Assembly: GCA_025935615.1 (NCBI GenBank)
Contig: JAICUY010000003.1
Coordinates: 1 to 53,664 of the forward strand
Origin: Steroidobacteraceae bacterium
Lineage (GTDB): Bacteria; Chloroflexota; Limnocylindria; QHBO01
Reading direction: 5' to 3'
DNA length: 53,664 nt
Below are positions 37,898 through 46,975 of this stretch, piece after piece. The position numbers and the translations under genes are program-made. The notes below the pieces were generated by a model that had not been told where the DNA came from, searched no databases, and was given only the letters and a program-made list of their open reading frames with translations. The number at the start of each line of letters is the position of its first letter. Positions within the stretch are counted from its first letter, which is position 1.

Positions 37898-38835
37898 GGG
37901 CACGGACCGATTCGGCTGCTGTCGGTGCCGCGCTCATCATCCTCTCCGCGGTGTGCTTCGGCACGCTCGGGCCGCTGTCGCGCTTCGCCGACGACGCCGG
38001 GGTCAGCGCCCTGTCGCTGGTGGCCTGGCGCGACCTGATCGGGGCCAGCTGCGTGATCGCCTTCTCGGCGGTGCTCGGCCGGCGGGTCTTCTCGATGGCC
38101 GGCCTTCCCCGCCGGCAGCGATGGATGCTGGTCGTGGCTGCAGTCTCAAACACCGCGCTCAACCTGGCGATCTTCGTCGCCTTCCTGCGCATCAGCATCG
38201 CGCTGGCGCTGCTCCTCTTCTACCTCTACCCGGCCTACGTGGCGCTGGCGGGCGTGCTGTGGTTCGGCGAGCGGCTCGACCGCGTGCGCTGGGCCGCACT
38301 GGCCGTGTCGCTGGCGGGCGTCGTGCTGGTCGTCGGCGGCGGCGCCTCACTGGGTTCGGTCGACCTGCTGGGCGTGGGCCTGGCGGTCTTCTCGGGCGTG
38401 GTGCAGGCGATCTACGTGCTCATGGCACGCCACGCCTTTAATGCCGTTCCGGGCACGCAGGCCGCGGCCGTCACCATGGCCGGAGCCACTGTCCTGCTGA
38501 TCGCGATCGCGCTGCTGACCGGTCAGGCCTTCGTCCTGGCCGAGCCCTTCGACGGCCTGGCCTCGTTCTGGCCGGTGCTGGTGGCGGGCACGATCGGGGC
38601 GGGACTGCCGACCATGACGTTCATCGTCGGCATCCGACTGCTCGGCGCCTCACGCGGCGCGATCCTGGCCACCCTCGAGCCGGTCGTCGGCGTGGCGCTG
38701 GCGGCGCTGCTGCTCGGCGAGCATCCGCTGCCGCTGCAGCTGGTGGGCGGGGCGCTCATCATCGCCGCCGGCGTGTTACTGCAGTTGCCCGGTGGCGACG
38801 CCGCGGACCACGAGGCGCTGGCCGGCGGCGCCTGA
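37894..38835 (+). CDS. DMT/EamA family transporter
   Basis: 313-aa ORF with about 10 TM segments. GTG start overlaps the ABC-F stop as GTGA. Confidence 0.75.
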
Positions 38836-38841
38836 TCTCAT

Positions 38842-39855
38842 CTAAGGCGAGGACATCAGTCCGGCGTGCACCGCCCGGGCCGCCGCGGCTGCCGAGGCCA
38901 GCGGAACCTCCGCCCACACCACGCGCAGACCGCCCTCGTCGAACGATCCCTCGCCCGATGCGGGGAGCGGAAGGATCTCTGGCATCAGACCGGCCGGCCC
39001 CACCAGCGAGAGCCGAGCAACCCGCTCCTTGCGGTCGACGGCCAGCATCAGCACGCCGGCTTCCGCATGGCGAGGGAGGACCGGCCGAACCAGCGTCTGG
39101 GGACCGTCGTTGTCGAGTGCACGAACGAGCAGCTGCAAGCGTCCCCGGCGCGCACGGCGCACGGCCACCGGGTGAACCACCTCGGCCCCCAGCTCGGCGA
39201 GCAGCTCGAGCTGCAGCGCGTCGACCACAGGCAGGAAGCGCGCGCCGGGCACCAGATGGGGGTCGGCTTCCATCACGCCGCCGACGTCCTTGAACAGCTC
39301 GCAGCGTTCGGCGCGCAGCGCCACCGCCAGCACCACCGCCGACAGGTCCGTCCCGCCGCGCCCAAGCGTCGTCAGCTCGCCATGCGACCCGATCCCCTGG
39401 AAGCCTGCGACCACCGGCACCAAGTCGTCGGCCAACGCGGCACGCAGCGGTCGCGAGTAGACGCGACGCACCTCCGCGCCGAGATGCGCGGCGGCCGTTC
39501 GGATGCCGGCCTCGGCGCCGCTGAAGGACCGAGCCGGGATGCCACGAGCCTGCAGGCCGAGCGCGAACAGCGCCGCCGACAGCGCCTCCCCGGTCGCCAG
39601 CGCGCGGTCCGTCTCTCGTGCCATCCCCGAGCCGGCCTCGTGCCCCGGTTCTCGAAGCGCCCGTCCCTCGTCCGGCAGCAGCACCGCCGCCGACGACAGG
39701 ATCGTGTCGGTGACGCCCTCGAACGCGGACACCACCACGACAGGTGCCAGCCCGCTGCGCCGCTGCTCGGCGACGACCTCGACCGCGGCCGCGATGTCGG
39801 GCGGGCGCCGCAGGACCGATCCGCCGAACTTGTCGACGACGACCGACGGGGCCAT
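38842..39855 (-). CDS. Aspartate kinase-like amino-acid kinase with shortened C-terminal region
   Basis: 337-aa ORF: VVDKFGGSV, VVVVSAFEGVTD, TTLGRGGTDLSAV, FKDVGGVMEADP, AEVVHPVAV. Only about 80 residues follow the kinase domain. Confidence 0.65.
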   Translation of the reverse strand: MAPSVVVDKFGGSVLRRPPDIAAAVEVVAEQRRSGLAPVVVVSAFEGVTDTILSSAAVLLPDEGRALREPGHEAGSGMARETDRALATGEALSAALFALGLQARGIPARSFSGAEAGIRTAAAHLGAEVRRVYSRPLRAALADDLVPVVAGFQGIGSHGELTTLGRGGTDLSAVVLAVALRAERCELFKDVGGVMEADPHLVPGARFLPVVDALQLELLAELGAEVVHPVAVRRARRGRLQLLVRALDNDGPQTLVRPVLPRHAEAGVLMLAVDRKERVARLSLVGPAGLMPEILPLPASGEGSFDEGGLRVVWAEVPLASAAAAARAVHAGLMSSP

Positions 39856-40571
39856 CAGCCCGCCGCGCGCACCAGCCCGGGCAGCTCCGCCAGGCTGTGG
39901 ATGATCGTCACGCCCTCGACGCTGGCGTCACCCTGACGATCCAGCAGCAGCGCGTCCATGCCGGCGGACCGCGCCCCTTCGACATCGGCGCGGTACGAGT
40001 CGCCAACCATCACGCTCGCATCGGTCCCAACAGCTGCGCGTTCGGCCGCCAGGCGGAACAGCGCCGGGTCGGGCTTGGCAAGCCCGATCGCACCCGACGC
40101 AAGCACGAAGTCGACGTATCGGTCCAGCCCGAGCTCGGCCAGGATCCCTTCGAGATTCGAGCCCCAGTCGCTGATGACGCCGATCCGGACGCCGTCGATG
40201 GTGCGCAGCTCCTCCAGCGCCGGAACCACATCCGGATACGGCTCCCAGGCGTCGGCCGCGAACTGGCTCTCCAGCACGAGGTCGAGCAGGTGTCGCTGCT
40301 CGTCGAGGTTGAGCTCGCGCAGCATCCGGCTGTGGTAGTCGCGCCAGGTCGCCTCGATCAGCGCGTCGTCGGCCCAGGTTGCGTTGTCAGGACGCTGGTA
40401 CTCGTCCCAGAACCAGGCATCGGCCGCTTCCCAGGCTGCCTGCAGCTCTGCTTGACCGATGCGATGGCCGTGCTGCTCCAGCACGCCGGCCAGCGACTGG
40501 GCCAGGGTCCGGCGCGGCGAGAGGATGGTGAAGCCCGCGTCGAGGCAGACGAGGCTGTAGGGCGGTGGCAT
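39855..40571 (-). CDS. HAD superfamily hydrolase (subfamily IA-like)
   Basis: 238-aa ORF. Motif I LVCLDAGFTIL, motif II VISDWGSN, motif IV MVGDSYRADVEGARSAGM. Its stop overlaps the aspartokinase-like start (TGATG). Confidence 0.7.
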   Translation of the reverse strand: MPPPYSLVCLDAGFTILSPRRTLAQSLAGVLEQHGHRIGQAELQAAWEAADAWFWDEYQRPDNATWADDALIEATWRDYHSRMLRELNLDEQRHLLDLVLESQFAADAWEPYPDVVPALEELRTIDGVRIGVISDWGSNLEGILAELGLDRYVDFVLASGAIGLAKPDPALFRLAAERAAVGTDASVMVGDSYRADVEGARSAGMDALLLDRQGDASVEGVTIIHSLAELPGLVRAAG

Positions 40572-40605
40572 GGCGTGCGCGCAACCGTAGCGCAGGCGGC
40601 GCGCC

Positions 40606-40611
40606 TACGAT
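40606..40611 (+). promoter_or_regulatory. -10-like TACGAT box, 6 nt upstream of ATG 40618 (leaderless-type)
   Basis: gccTACGATgcacgcATG. Confidence 0.4.
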
Positions 40612-40617
40612 GCACGC

Positions 40618-41466
40618 ATGGCCCGCAACGAGCTGCTTCGCGTCCGGTCGGCGCTGCTGGCGTGGTACGCGGCGGAGCACCGCGACTTTCCGTGGCGCGG
40701 GACGAGCGACCCGTACTCGGTGCTCGTCAGCGAGGTGATGCTCCAGCAGACCCAGGCATCGCGCGTGGCCGAGCGATTTCCGCGCTTCTTGGACCGCTTC
40801 CCGACCGTGGAAGCGCTGGCTGCCGCCTCCGATACGGCCGTCCTGGCCGAGTGGAGTGGCCTTGGCTACAACCGTCGGGCGGTTGCGCTGCATCGGGCAG
40901 CCCGCACGATTGCGGCTGACGGCTGGCCGCGGGACGTGGCACGACTCGAGCGGCTGCCGGGCATCGGGCCGTACACCGCACGCGCGATCGCCAGCCTGGC
41001 CTTCGGCCAGCCCGTCGGCGTGGTGGACACCAACGTCCGCCGCTGGCTGCTGCGCCGCTTCGCCGTCGACGATCGTCCGCCGGTCCTGCAGCAACTGGCC
41101 GATACGTTCGCCGCGCCGGGCAGCGACGGGACCGCCGCCGCGTGGACGCACGCGACGATGGAGTTCGGCGCCCGGATCTGCAGCCAGCGCACCCCGTCAT
41201 GCCGCTCCTGCCCCATCGCCAGCGGCTGTCCCTCGCGTCTGACCGCGACGCCGGTCCGCGTGCCGCGCCAGGCGCCGTTCAGCGGCTCGGTGCGTGCCGC
41301 GCGCGGGAAGCTGTTGCGCGAGCTGGCGGCCGCGCCTGCGTATCGGCTCAGCCTGGACAACGCGCACCGACTGCTGGACGGCACGCTGGAGGCGACAGTC
41401 GCGGCGCTCGAGCACGACGGGCTGCTGCATCGGTGCGGCGACAGCCTGGTGCTGGGCGGCGGCTAG
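40618..41466 (+). CDS. mutY: A/G-specific adenine glycosylase-like HhH-GPD protein (MutY family, short form)
   Basis: 282-aa ORF: FPWRGTSDPYSVLVSEVMLQQTQ, GLGYNRRA, LPGIGPYTARAI. Fe-S loop CSQRTPSCRSCPIASGC (C-X6-C-X2-C-X5-C). Confidence 0.75.
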   Translation: MARNELLRVRSALLAWYAAEHRDFPWRGTSDPYSVLVSEVMLQQTQASRVAERFPRFLDRFPTVEALAAASDTAVLAEWSGLGYNRRAVALHRAARTIAADGWPRDVARLERLPGIGPYTARAIASLAFGQPVGVVDTNVRRWLLRRFAVDDRPPVLQQLADTFAAPGSDGTAAAWTHATMEFGARICSQRTPSCRSCPIASGCPSRLTATPVRVPRQAPFSGSVRAARGKLLRELAAAPAYRLSLDNAHRLLDGTLEATVAALEHDGLLHRCGDSLVLGGG

Positions 41467-41469
41467 AAT
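41464..41469 (+). promoter_or_regulatory. -10-like TAGAAT box, 6 nt upstream of ATG 41476 (leaderless-type)
   Basis: ggcTAGAATcggcccATG. The TAG is the mutY stop codon. Confidence 0.4.
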
Positions 41470-41475
41470 CGGCCC

Positions 41476-41991
41476 ATGACCATCAAGTCCGCACGCCCGC
41501 GGGTGCAGGCCGGTGATCCGATGCCTTCGGTCGGCCTGCGTGCCAGCGACGGCTATCTCCTCAACCTGCGCAGCTTCGTCGGGAAACAGGCGGCCGTGTT
41601 CGTCTTCTTTGGCGCGCCCACCTTGTCGGGGCAGGCGCGGGAGGCCGGTGACGCGCTGGTCGAGGCGCTGAAGCGAGCGCATCCCCGACTCACCAAGGCG
41701 GGCATTGCGCTCGTGGGCATCACCTGTGACAACGAGGAGCAGCAGAAGCAGTACCTCGAGGAGCACGCCCTCCCCTTCCTGCTCTTCTGCGACGAGCGCC
41801 GATCGGCGGTGGACCTGCTCGGCGTGCCGACCACCGTCAAGGGCGAGAACTACAACGCGGTGCCCACCGCCTTTGCCGTTGCTGTCGACGGCACGATCGT
41901 CGACGTCGTCGACAATGCCGGCCCCAAGGGGCTGATCGCGCGCCTGATGGAATCGATCGAAGAAGGACATCTCGCACCGACGCATTCCTAG
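41476..41991 (+). CDS. Bcp/peroxiredoxin-fold protein lacking the peroxidatic Cys
   Basis: 171-aa ORF. AAVFVFFGAPTLSGQAREAG occupies the place of the ..FYP.D.TPGCT.. motif. Bcp-like GITCDNEEQQKQYLEEHALPFLLFCDE. Confidence 0.6.
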   Translation: MTIKSARPRVQAGDPMPSVGLRASDGYLLNLRSFVGKQAAVFVFFGAPTLSGQAREAGDALVEALKRAHPRLTKAGIALVGITCDNEEQQKQYLEEHALPFLLFCDERRSAVDLLGVPTTVKGENYNAVPTAFAVAVDGTIVDVVDNAGPKGLIARLMESIEEGHLAPTHS

Positions 41992-41995
41992 ACGG

Positions 41996-43048
41996 ATGCT
42001 GGCCGTCCGCCTCCCCGCCGCCGGCCGTCGCCTGGAGCTCGCGGACGTGCCGATACCGGAGCCCACTGGTGGCGAGGTCCTGGTGCGTGTCGCCGGCTGC
42101 GGCGTGTGCCGTACCGACCTGCACATCGTCCACGGTTCGCAGGCGCGGGTGACGCCGCCGCTGACGCTCGGTCACGAGATCGCCGGCTGGGTGTCCGCGG
42201 TCGGGCCTTCCACTGCGGGCGGCCCACCGCTCGGCGAACCTGTGCTGGTCTTCGGTGGCTGGGGCTGCGGGTCGTGTGTCCAATGCGTCGCCGGCGAGGA
42301 GCAGCGATGTCCGGATGGGGCATCGCCGGGCTTTCAGCGCGACGGAGGCTGGGCGGAGTACGTGTTGGTTCCCAGTGCGCGCCACCTGGTGTCGCTCGGG
42401 TCCCTCGACCCGATATCGTCAGCTCCCCTGGCCGATGCGGGCGTCACCCCGTTTCGTGCGGTGCGCCGAGCGGCGCCGTGGCTGCAGCCTGGCGCGCGCG
42501 TGCTCGTCATCGGTTTCGGGGCTCTCGGTCAGTTCGCAATCCAGTACCTGTCGCGGTTCCCAGGGCTGAGCGTCGCCGTGCGCGACCTCGATGCGCGCAA
42601 GGTCGAGCTGGGGCGATCGTTCGGAGCCGTGACCGAGCTGAACGGCGCCGCGGACGTGGTCTTCGACTTCGTCGGCGTGGAAGAGACGCTGGCCGAGGCG
42701 GCGCGCCTGGTTGCGCCCGGCGGCCTCATCTCGATCGTCGGCGAGGGCGGTGGCGTGCTTCCGGTCTCGTTCGAGCAGCCTGCGGTCGAGGTTGCGGTGA
42801 CGACGACGGCCTGGGGCTCGCTCACCGACCTGCGCGAGGTCGTCGATTTGGCGCCTTCACTGCGTTGGAGGGTCGAACCGATGCCGCTTCGCGACGCGCA
42901 GGCGGCCCTCGAGCGGCTCGAGTCTGGTGACGTGATGGGCCGGATCGTCCTCGTGCCCCGCCGCCACGAAGGTGCAAACGACGCGGTGGGGAGCACTGGC
43001 GCCGTCGACAGCGCGCGAAGGCGCAAATGTCGGTCTGGTGAACACTAA
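41996..43048 (+). CDS. Zinc-dependent alcohol dehydrogenase (MDR family)
   Basis: 350-aa ORF: GCGVCRTDLH, TLGHEIAG, structural Zn Cys cluster GCGSCVQCVAGEEQRC, GFGALGQFA. Confidence 0.85.
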   Translation: MLAVRLPAAGRRLELADVPIPEPTGGEVLVRVAGCGVCRTDLHIVHGSQARVTPPLTLGHEIAGWVSAVGPSTAGGPPLGEPVLVFGGWGCGSCVQCVAGEEQRCPDGASPGFQRDGGWAEYVLVPSARHLVSLGSLDPISSAPLADAGVTPFRAVRRAAPWLQPGARVLVIGFGALGQFAIQYLSRFPGLSVAVRDLDARKVELGRSFGAVTELNGAADVVFDFVGVEETLAEAARLVAPGGLISIVGEGGGVLPVSFEQPAVEVAVTTTAWGSLTDLREVVDLAPSLRWRVEPMPLRDAQAALERLESGDVMGRIVLVPRRHEGANDAVGSTGAVDSARRRKCRSGEH

Positions 43049-43161
43049 CGCCGCCAGCGGATCATGAATGGCTCCATCGTTGCCGGCCGCGAGCGTGGAT
43101 TCAGGCCGTGACGAGCCGGCGCCGCTGCATCGGCGGCGTTAGCGCTCAAATACGCGCCAAA

Positions 43162-43189
43162 TGCGCCGTCGGCGGCCTGCGACGGCGCA
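43162..43189 (-). terminator. 10-bp stem hairpin downstream of gltX-sseB
   Basis: TGCGCCGTCG gcggcctg CGACGGCGCA. On the minus strand it is followed by TTTGG. Confidence 0.45.
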
Positions 43190-43254
43190 AACGCCTCCCG
43201 CACGCGGACTAGCGCCCTCGGCGGCGGCGTCACGCCGCGCGAGAAACGACGACG

Positions 43255-43974
43255 TCAGTCCCCGAACAGCCGCGACAGGAAGCCGCGCGGCTTCTCGGCA
43301 GCCACGTAGAACGGTGCGGCGACCTCGTCGTACGCCTCGCGCAACGACGACGCACGCAGGTCGGTGACCGCCAGCTCGCGGCGCGAGCCGAGATGCTCGG
43401 CGGCGACCGCATGGAGCCGGTTGCGGACTGCGTCGAAATCGGCGAGCTGGGCGTCGGGGCGAAGCTGGATGCCCACCGTCCAGGCGCTGCCCGCGCGCAG
43501 CAGCCAGGCACGTTCGACCTGGTGCAGCTCACCGAGGGAGCGGCGCAGCTCGGTGCCGAACGGATCCGGAACGTCGCCGGGAGCCTCGAGCTCCGGCAGC
43601 CCACCGAGTGGACGGCGCGCACGCAGCGCCTCGGGTGAATTGGGGTTGATCCCGGCGGCCAGGAAGGGGAGCACGCCCGACGCAACCTCGACCTGGCCCG
43701 TACTGCCGGGGTCGATGATCAGGCGCTGTCCCGCGTCATCGGCGCGCTCGAACAGGTCGCGGGCCGGCATCACGACGTGGTCGCTACCGGGCGGGCCGAA
43801 CTCGCCGAACAGCTCGGGCGACGTGTAGGCGGCCAGGAACGGGCCCTGTTCGTCCTGGCCGTGGCGCAGCGCCTCCGTCGGCACCCGGCTCGGATCCGGC
43901 GCCTCTCCGGACGACGAGCGGATGGGCACGATCAGCTCGCGCGCAACGAGGTCGTCCAGCCGCGCCTCCGGCAC
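43255..43974 (-). CDS. SseB-family protein
   Basis: 239-aa ORF starting 5 nt after the gltX stop. LIVPIRSS....FLAAYTSPELF and a second alpha/beta half resemble SseB N/C domains. Recognition is from memory, at moderate certainty. Confidence 0.55.
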   Translation of the reverse strand: MPEARLDDLVARELIVPIRSSSGEAPDPSRVPTEALRHGQDEQGPFLAAYTSPELFGEFGPPGSDHVVMPARDLFERADDAGQRLIIDPGSTGQVEVASGVLPFLAAGINPNSPEALRARRPLGGLPELEAPGDVPDPFGTELRRSLGELHQVERAWLLRAGSAWTVGIQLRPDAQLADFDAVRNRLHAVAAEHLGSRRELAVTDLRASSLREAYDEVAAPFYVAAEKPRGFLSRLFGD

Positions 43975-43978
43975 CCCG

Positions 43979-45484
43979 CTAACCTCCGACCCCGACCGTC
44001 GCCAGCTTGCCCAACGCGTCGTCCATGCGCGCCAGGGAACGTTCGCGGCCGAGCAGCTCCATCGATCCGAAGAGCGGCGGCGAGACGCTGCGGCCCGTCA
44101 CCGCCACGCGAATCGGCTTGAAGAGATCGCCAGCCTTGAACCCGAGCCGCTCGGCGACCTCACGGCACCGCGTCTCGAGCAGGTCGGCCGCCCAGTCGGC
44201 ATCGGTCAATCGGGTCAGCTCATCGCGCACCGCGCGCAGCGCGGAAGCCGCATCGACGACCTCGCCCTTGCGCGGCACCAGCTCCTCGGATTCGTACCAC
44301 GACGCCACCTCGGCATCGTCGGCGAAGAGGAAGCCGACGAGCTCCCCCACATCCGACAGCCGCACCAGCCGCTCCTTCACGAGGGGAACGAGCCGGAGCA
44401 CCGTTTCGTCCACGGCCGCATCGGGCAGGTAGGGGCGGAGGGCAAGCGCCAGCTGCTCATCGGTCAGGGAGCGGATGTAGACGCCGTTCAGGTAGTCGAG
44501 GCGGTCCTTGTCGAAGACGGCGCCGCCTTTGTGCACCTTGTCGAGGTCGAAGCGCTCCTCGAGCTCGCGCAGTGAGAAGAGCTCCTCCTCGGTGCCCGGC
44601 GACCAGCCCAGGAAGGCCAGGAAGTTGACGAGCGCCTCGGGCAGGTAGCCCTGCGCGCGGTACTCGTCGACTCCCGTCTGCGTCTTGCGCTTGCTCATCT
44701 TGGTCCGATCCGGGTTGAGGATCAGCGGGATGTGCCCGAACCGCGGCAGCTCGTAGCCGAGCGCGCGATACAGCGCGATCTGCTTCGGCGTGTTGCTGAT
44801 GTGATCCTCGCCGCGGATGACGTGGCTGATGTACATCTCGGCATCGTCGACCACGACCGTGAAGTTGTAGAGCGGGCTGCCGTCGGCGCGCACGATCACG
44901 AAGTCGCCCAGCAGCGCGTTGTCGAACTCGACATCGCCGCGCACGAGGTCATCCCAGACAACGGTCTCGGGCGGGACAACGAAGCGAATGGCGGCCTGTC
45001 GTCCTTCGGCCTCGAACGCCGCGCGCTCGTCGTCGCTCAATGATCGGCAGCGGCCGTTGTAGCGCGGCGCCTCGTGGTCCGCCTCCTGCTCACGGCGCAC
45101 CGCATCCAGCTCCTCGGGGGTGCAGTAGCAGCGGTAGGCGTTGCCGCCGGCCAGCAGGCGCTCCGCGGCGGCGGCGTATCGGTCCAGGCGCTGACTCTGG
45201 CGATACGGCCCGTAGGGACCGATGTCGTCGCCCCCGGCCGCCTGCGGCCCCTCGTCCCAGCTGATGCCGAGCCAGTGCAGCCCCTCGATGATGTCGCGCT
45301 CGAACTCGGTCGTGCTGCGCGCGACATCGGTGTCCTCGATGCGCAGCACGAACGTCCCGCCGCCGTGCCGAGCGGTCAGGTAGTTGTACAGGCTGGTGCG
45401 CGCGGTGCCGATGTGCAGCGGACCGGTCGGGCTGGGCGCCATCCGCACGCGCAGCGGGCGGTCAGGCTCGTTCACCAGGGGCAT
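43979..45484 (-). CDS. gltX: Glutamate--tRNA ligase
   Basis: ATG 45484 inside ORF 43979..45835 (MPLVNEPDRPLRVRMAPSPTGPLHIGTART). HIGH-type HIGT and KMSKS-type KMSKR are present. Confidence 0.9.
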   Translation of the reverse strand: MPLVNEPDRPLRVRMAPSPTGPLHIGTARTSLYNYLTARHGGGTFVLRIEDTDVARSTTEFERDIIEGLHWLGISWDEGPQAAGGDDIGPYGPYRQSQRLDRYAAAAERLLAGGNAYRCYCTPEELDAVRREQEADHEAPRYNGRCRSLSDDERAAFEAEGRQAAIRFVVPPETVVWDDLVRGDVEFDNALLGDFVIVRADGSPLYNFTVVVDDAEMYISHVIRGEDHISNTPKQIALYRALGYELPRFGHIPLILNPDRTKMSKRKTQTGVDEYRAQGYLPEALVNFLAFLGWSPGTEEELFSLRELEERFDLDKVHKGGAVFDKDRLDYLNGVYIRSLTDEQLALALRPYLPDAAVDETVLRLVPLVKERLVRLSDVGELVGFLFADDAEVASWYESEELVPRKGEVVDAASALRAVRDELTRLTDADWAADLLETRCREVAERLGFKAGDLFKPIRVAVTGRSVSPPLFGSMELLGRERSLARMDDALGKLATVGVGG

Positions 45485-45490
45485 GGCGAC

Positions 45491-45496
45491 AGGGTA
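45491..45496 (-). promoter_or_regulatory. -10-like TACCCT box, 6 nt upstream of gltX ATG (leaderless-type)
   Basis: Minus strand reads gctgcTACCCTgtcgccATG. Confidence 0.4.
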
Positions 45497-45536
45497 GCAG
45501 CGCCGGTGCGGCGACGGCGGCGAGACCCTCGAACGC

Positions 45537-45561
45537 AATTCGTAACGGAACCGGTTATGAG
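45537..45561. promoter_or_regulatory. Second copy of the ATTCGTAAC-N7-GTTAYGART palindrome
   Basis: attcgtaac ggaaccg gttatgagt, in the divergent gltX / small-protein intergenic region. The left arm is identical to the site at 35830; the right arm matches 7/9. Confidence 0.4.
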
Positions 45562-45626
45562 TCGGGTGACGAGAGGTGGCGCGCTCTCTGCATCGGTCAG
45601 ATACCAGCAACCGAAAGGAGCTGCAC

Positions 45627-45926
45627 ATGCCAGAGACCACCTGGAAGCCCAAGACCGAGCACGGCGAACTCTCCGAGAAGGATCGCGACGACCTTCCCGA
45701 CAGCGCGTTCGCCTTTCCGAAACAGCGCAAGGAACCCCTGACCGATGCGAGCCACGTGCAGAACGCGCTTGCCCGTTTCGACCAGGTCGACGATGTGTCA
45801 GACGACGAGCGCGATCTCGCCTTCGCCAATATCAAGAAGGCGGCGAAGCACTACGACGTCGACGTCACCGAGGGCTCCTGGCACGACCTCGGGAAGAAGC
45901 CGCACACCGACAACCCGTCGCACTGA
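45627..45926 (+). CDS. Small acidic conserved protein (DUF-type, function unknown)
   Basis: ATG 45627 (MPETTWKPKTEHGELSEKDRDDLPDSAFAFPKQRKEPLTDASHVQNALARFDQV...) with AAAGGAG 8 nt upstream. Confidence 0.6.
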   Translation: MPETTWKPKTEHGELSEKDRDDLPDSAFAFPKQRKEPLTDASHVQNALARFDQVDDVSDDERDLAFANIKKAAKHYDVDVTEGSWHDLGKKPHTDNPSH

Positions 45927-45947
45927 ACGGCCAACGGGCCGCGATGG

Positions 45948-46739
45948 CTAGAGGCTGAAGGCCGGCCGCACCACGCCAGCCACCTCGGCGCGAGGGTCGC
46001 GGATGAGCGGGGCGGCGTACGCGGAGAGTGTCGCGAGCTGGTCCGCGCTCAGCACGCCGAGCTGCGCGAGCGCAGCGCAGGTTGCGACATTCCGGCCGCG
46101 CTGGGCGGCGTCCCCGTCCTCGATCTTCAGCGCAAGCCCGAGCGGCTCGCGACCGACGATGCCGACCGCCTGGACGCCCTCGGCGCCGCCCTTGGCCACG
46201 AGGCCTCCCGGCACAGCACGCATCAGCGCGGTGTCGAGCCGTCGTCGCTCGCCGGCCACCAAGATCGGATTGGCCATCATCGCGTCACGGATGCGAGTGA
46301 GCGCCGCCGCCAGCGGCGCATCGGTCACCGCCGACGGATCGGCCAGACGCGCGTAGGCGAGCGCGAGGCCGCGCATCGGCAGGCCGAAGGTGACGACGCC
46401 GCAGTTGTCGGTGGCCGTTGCGATCTTCGTCGCCGGGACGTCGCTGAGCGTCGCCACGGTCGCCAAAGCCGCCTGCTGGACGGGATGATCGGGGTGCCAG
46501 TACGTCTCGAGCGGTGCGCCGAGCGCCTTGGCGTACAGCAGCATGCCGGTGTGCTTGCCGCTGCAGTTGTGACGCAGCGGAGTCGGCTCCTCGCCATCGC
46601 GAATCAGGCGCCGTGCCGTCTCGGTGTCGTACGGCTGGTGGGTGCCGCACTGCAGCGCGGTCGTCGGAATGCCGGCCTCGCGCAGGATGGCCTGCACGGT
46701 TCGGACGTGCCGATCCTCGCCGGAGTGCGAGGCGGCCAT
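45948..46739 (-). CDS. Asparaginase-II family protein (canonical ORF; homologous sequence continues upstream without a start codon)
   Basis: 263-aa ORF: AASHSGEDRHV, NCSGKHTGML, KGGAEGV. In-frame upstream codons 46740-46958 read PVLVEVTRGERVESWHRGWIAVS...YLRSSAKPFQLAPFV..GLGDEALAI, which looks like the family N-terminus. Confidence 0.7.
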   Translation of the reverse strand: MAASHSGEDRHVRTVQAILREAGIPTTALQCGTHQPYDTETARRLIRDGEEPTPLRHNCSGKHTGMLLYAKALGAPLETYWHPDHPVQQAALATVATLSDVPATKIATATDNCGVVTFGLPMRGLALAYARLADPSAVTDAPLAAALTRIRDAMMANPILVAGERRRLDTALMRAVPGGLVAKGGAEGVQAVGIVGREPLGLALKIEDGDAAQRGRNVATCAALAQLGVLSADQLATLSAYAAPLIRDPRAEVAGVVRPAFSL

Positions 46740-46975
46740 GATGGCCAGCGCCTCGTCGCCCAGGCCGTATCGGTCGAAGAGGCCGGAGGCGACGAACGGC
46801 GCCAGCTGGAAGGGCTTGGCGCTGGAGCGAAGGTACGTGACGGCGTCGGGGTCGCCGACGCTGTGGGTCAGCTCACCGGACGGCGTCGAGACGGCGATCC
46901 AGCCGCGGTGCCACGATTCGACGCGTTCGCCGCGGGTGACCTCGACGAGGACGGGTGGCGCGCCGCGCGCAGGGC

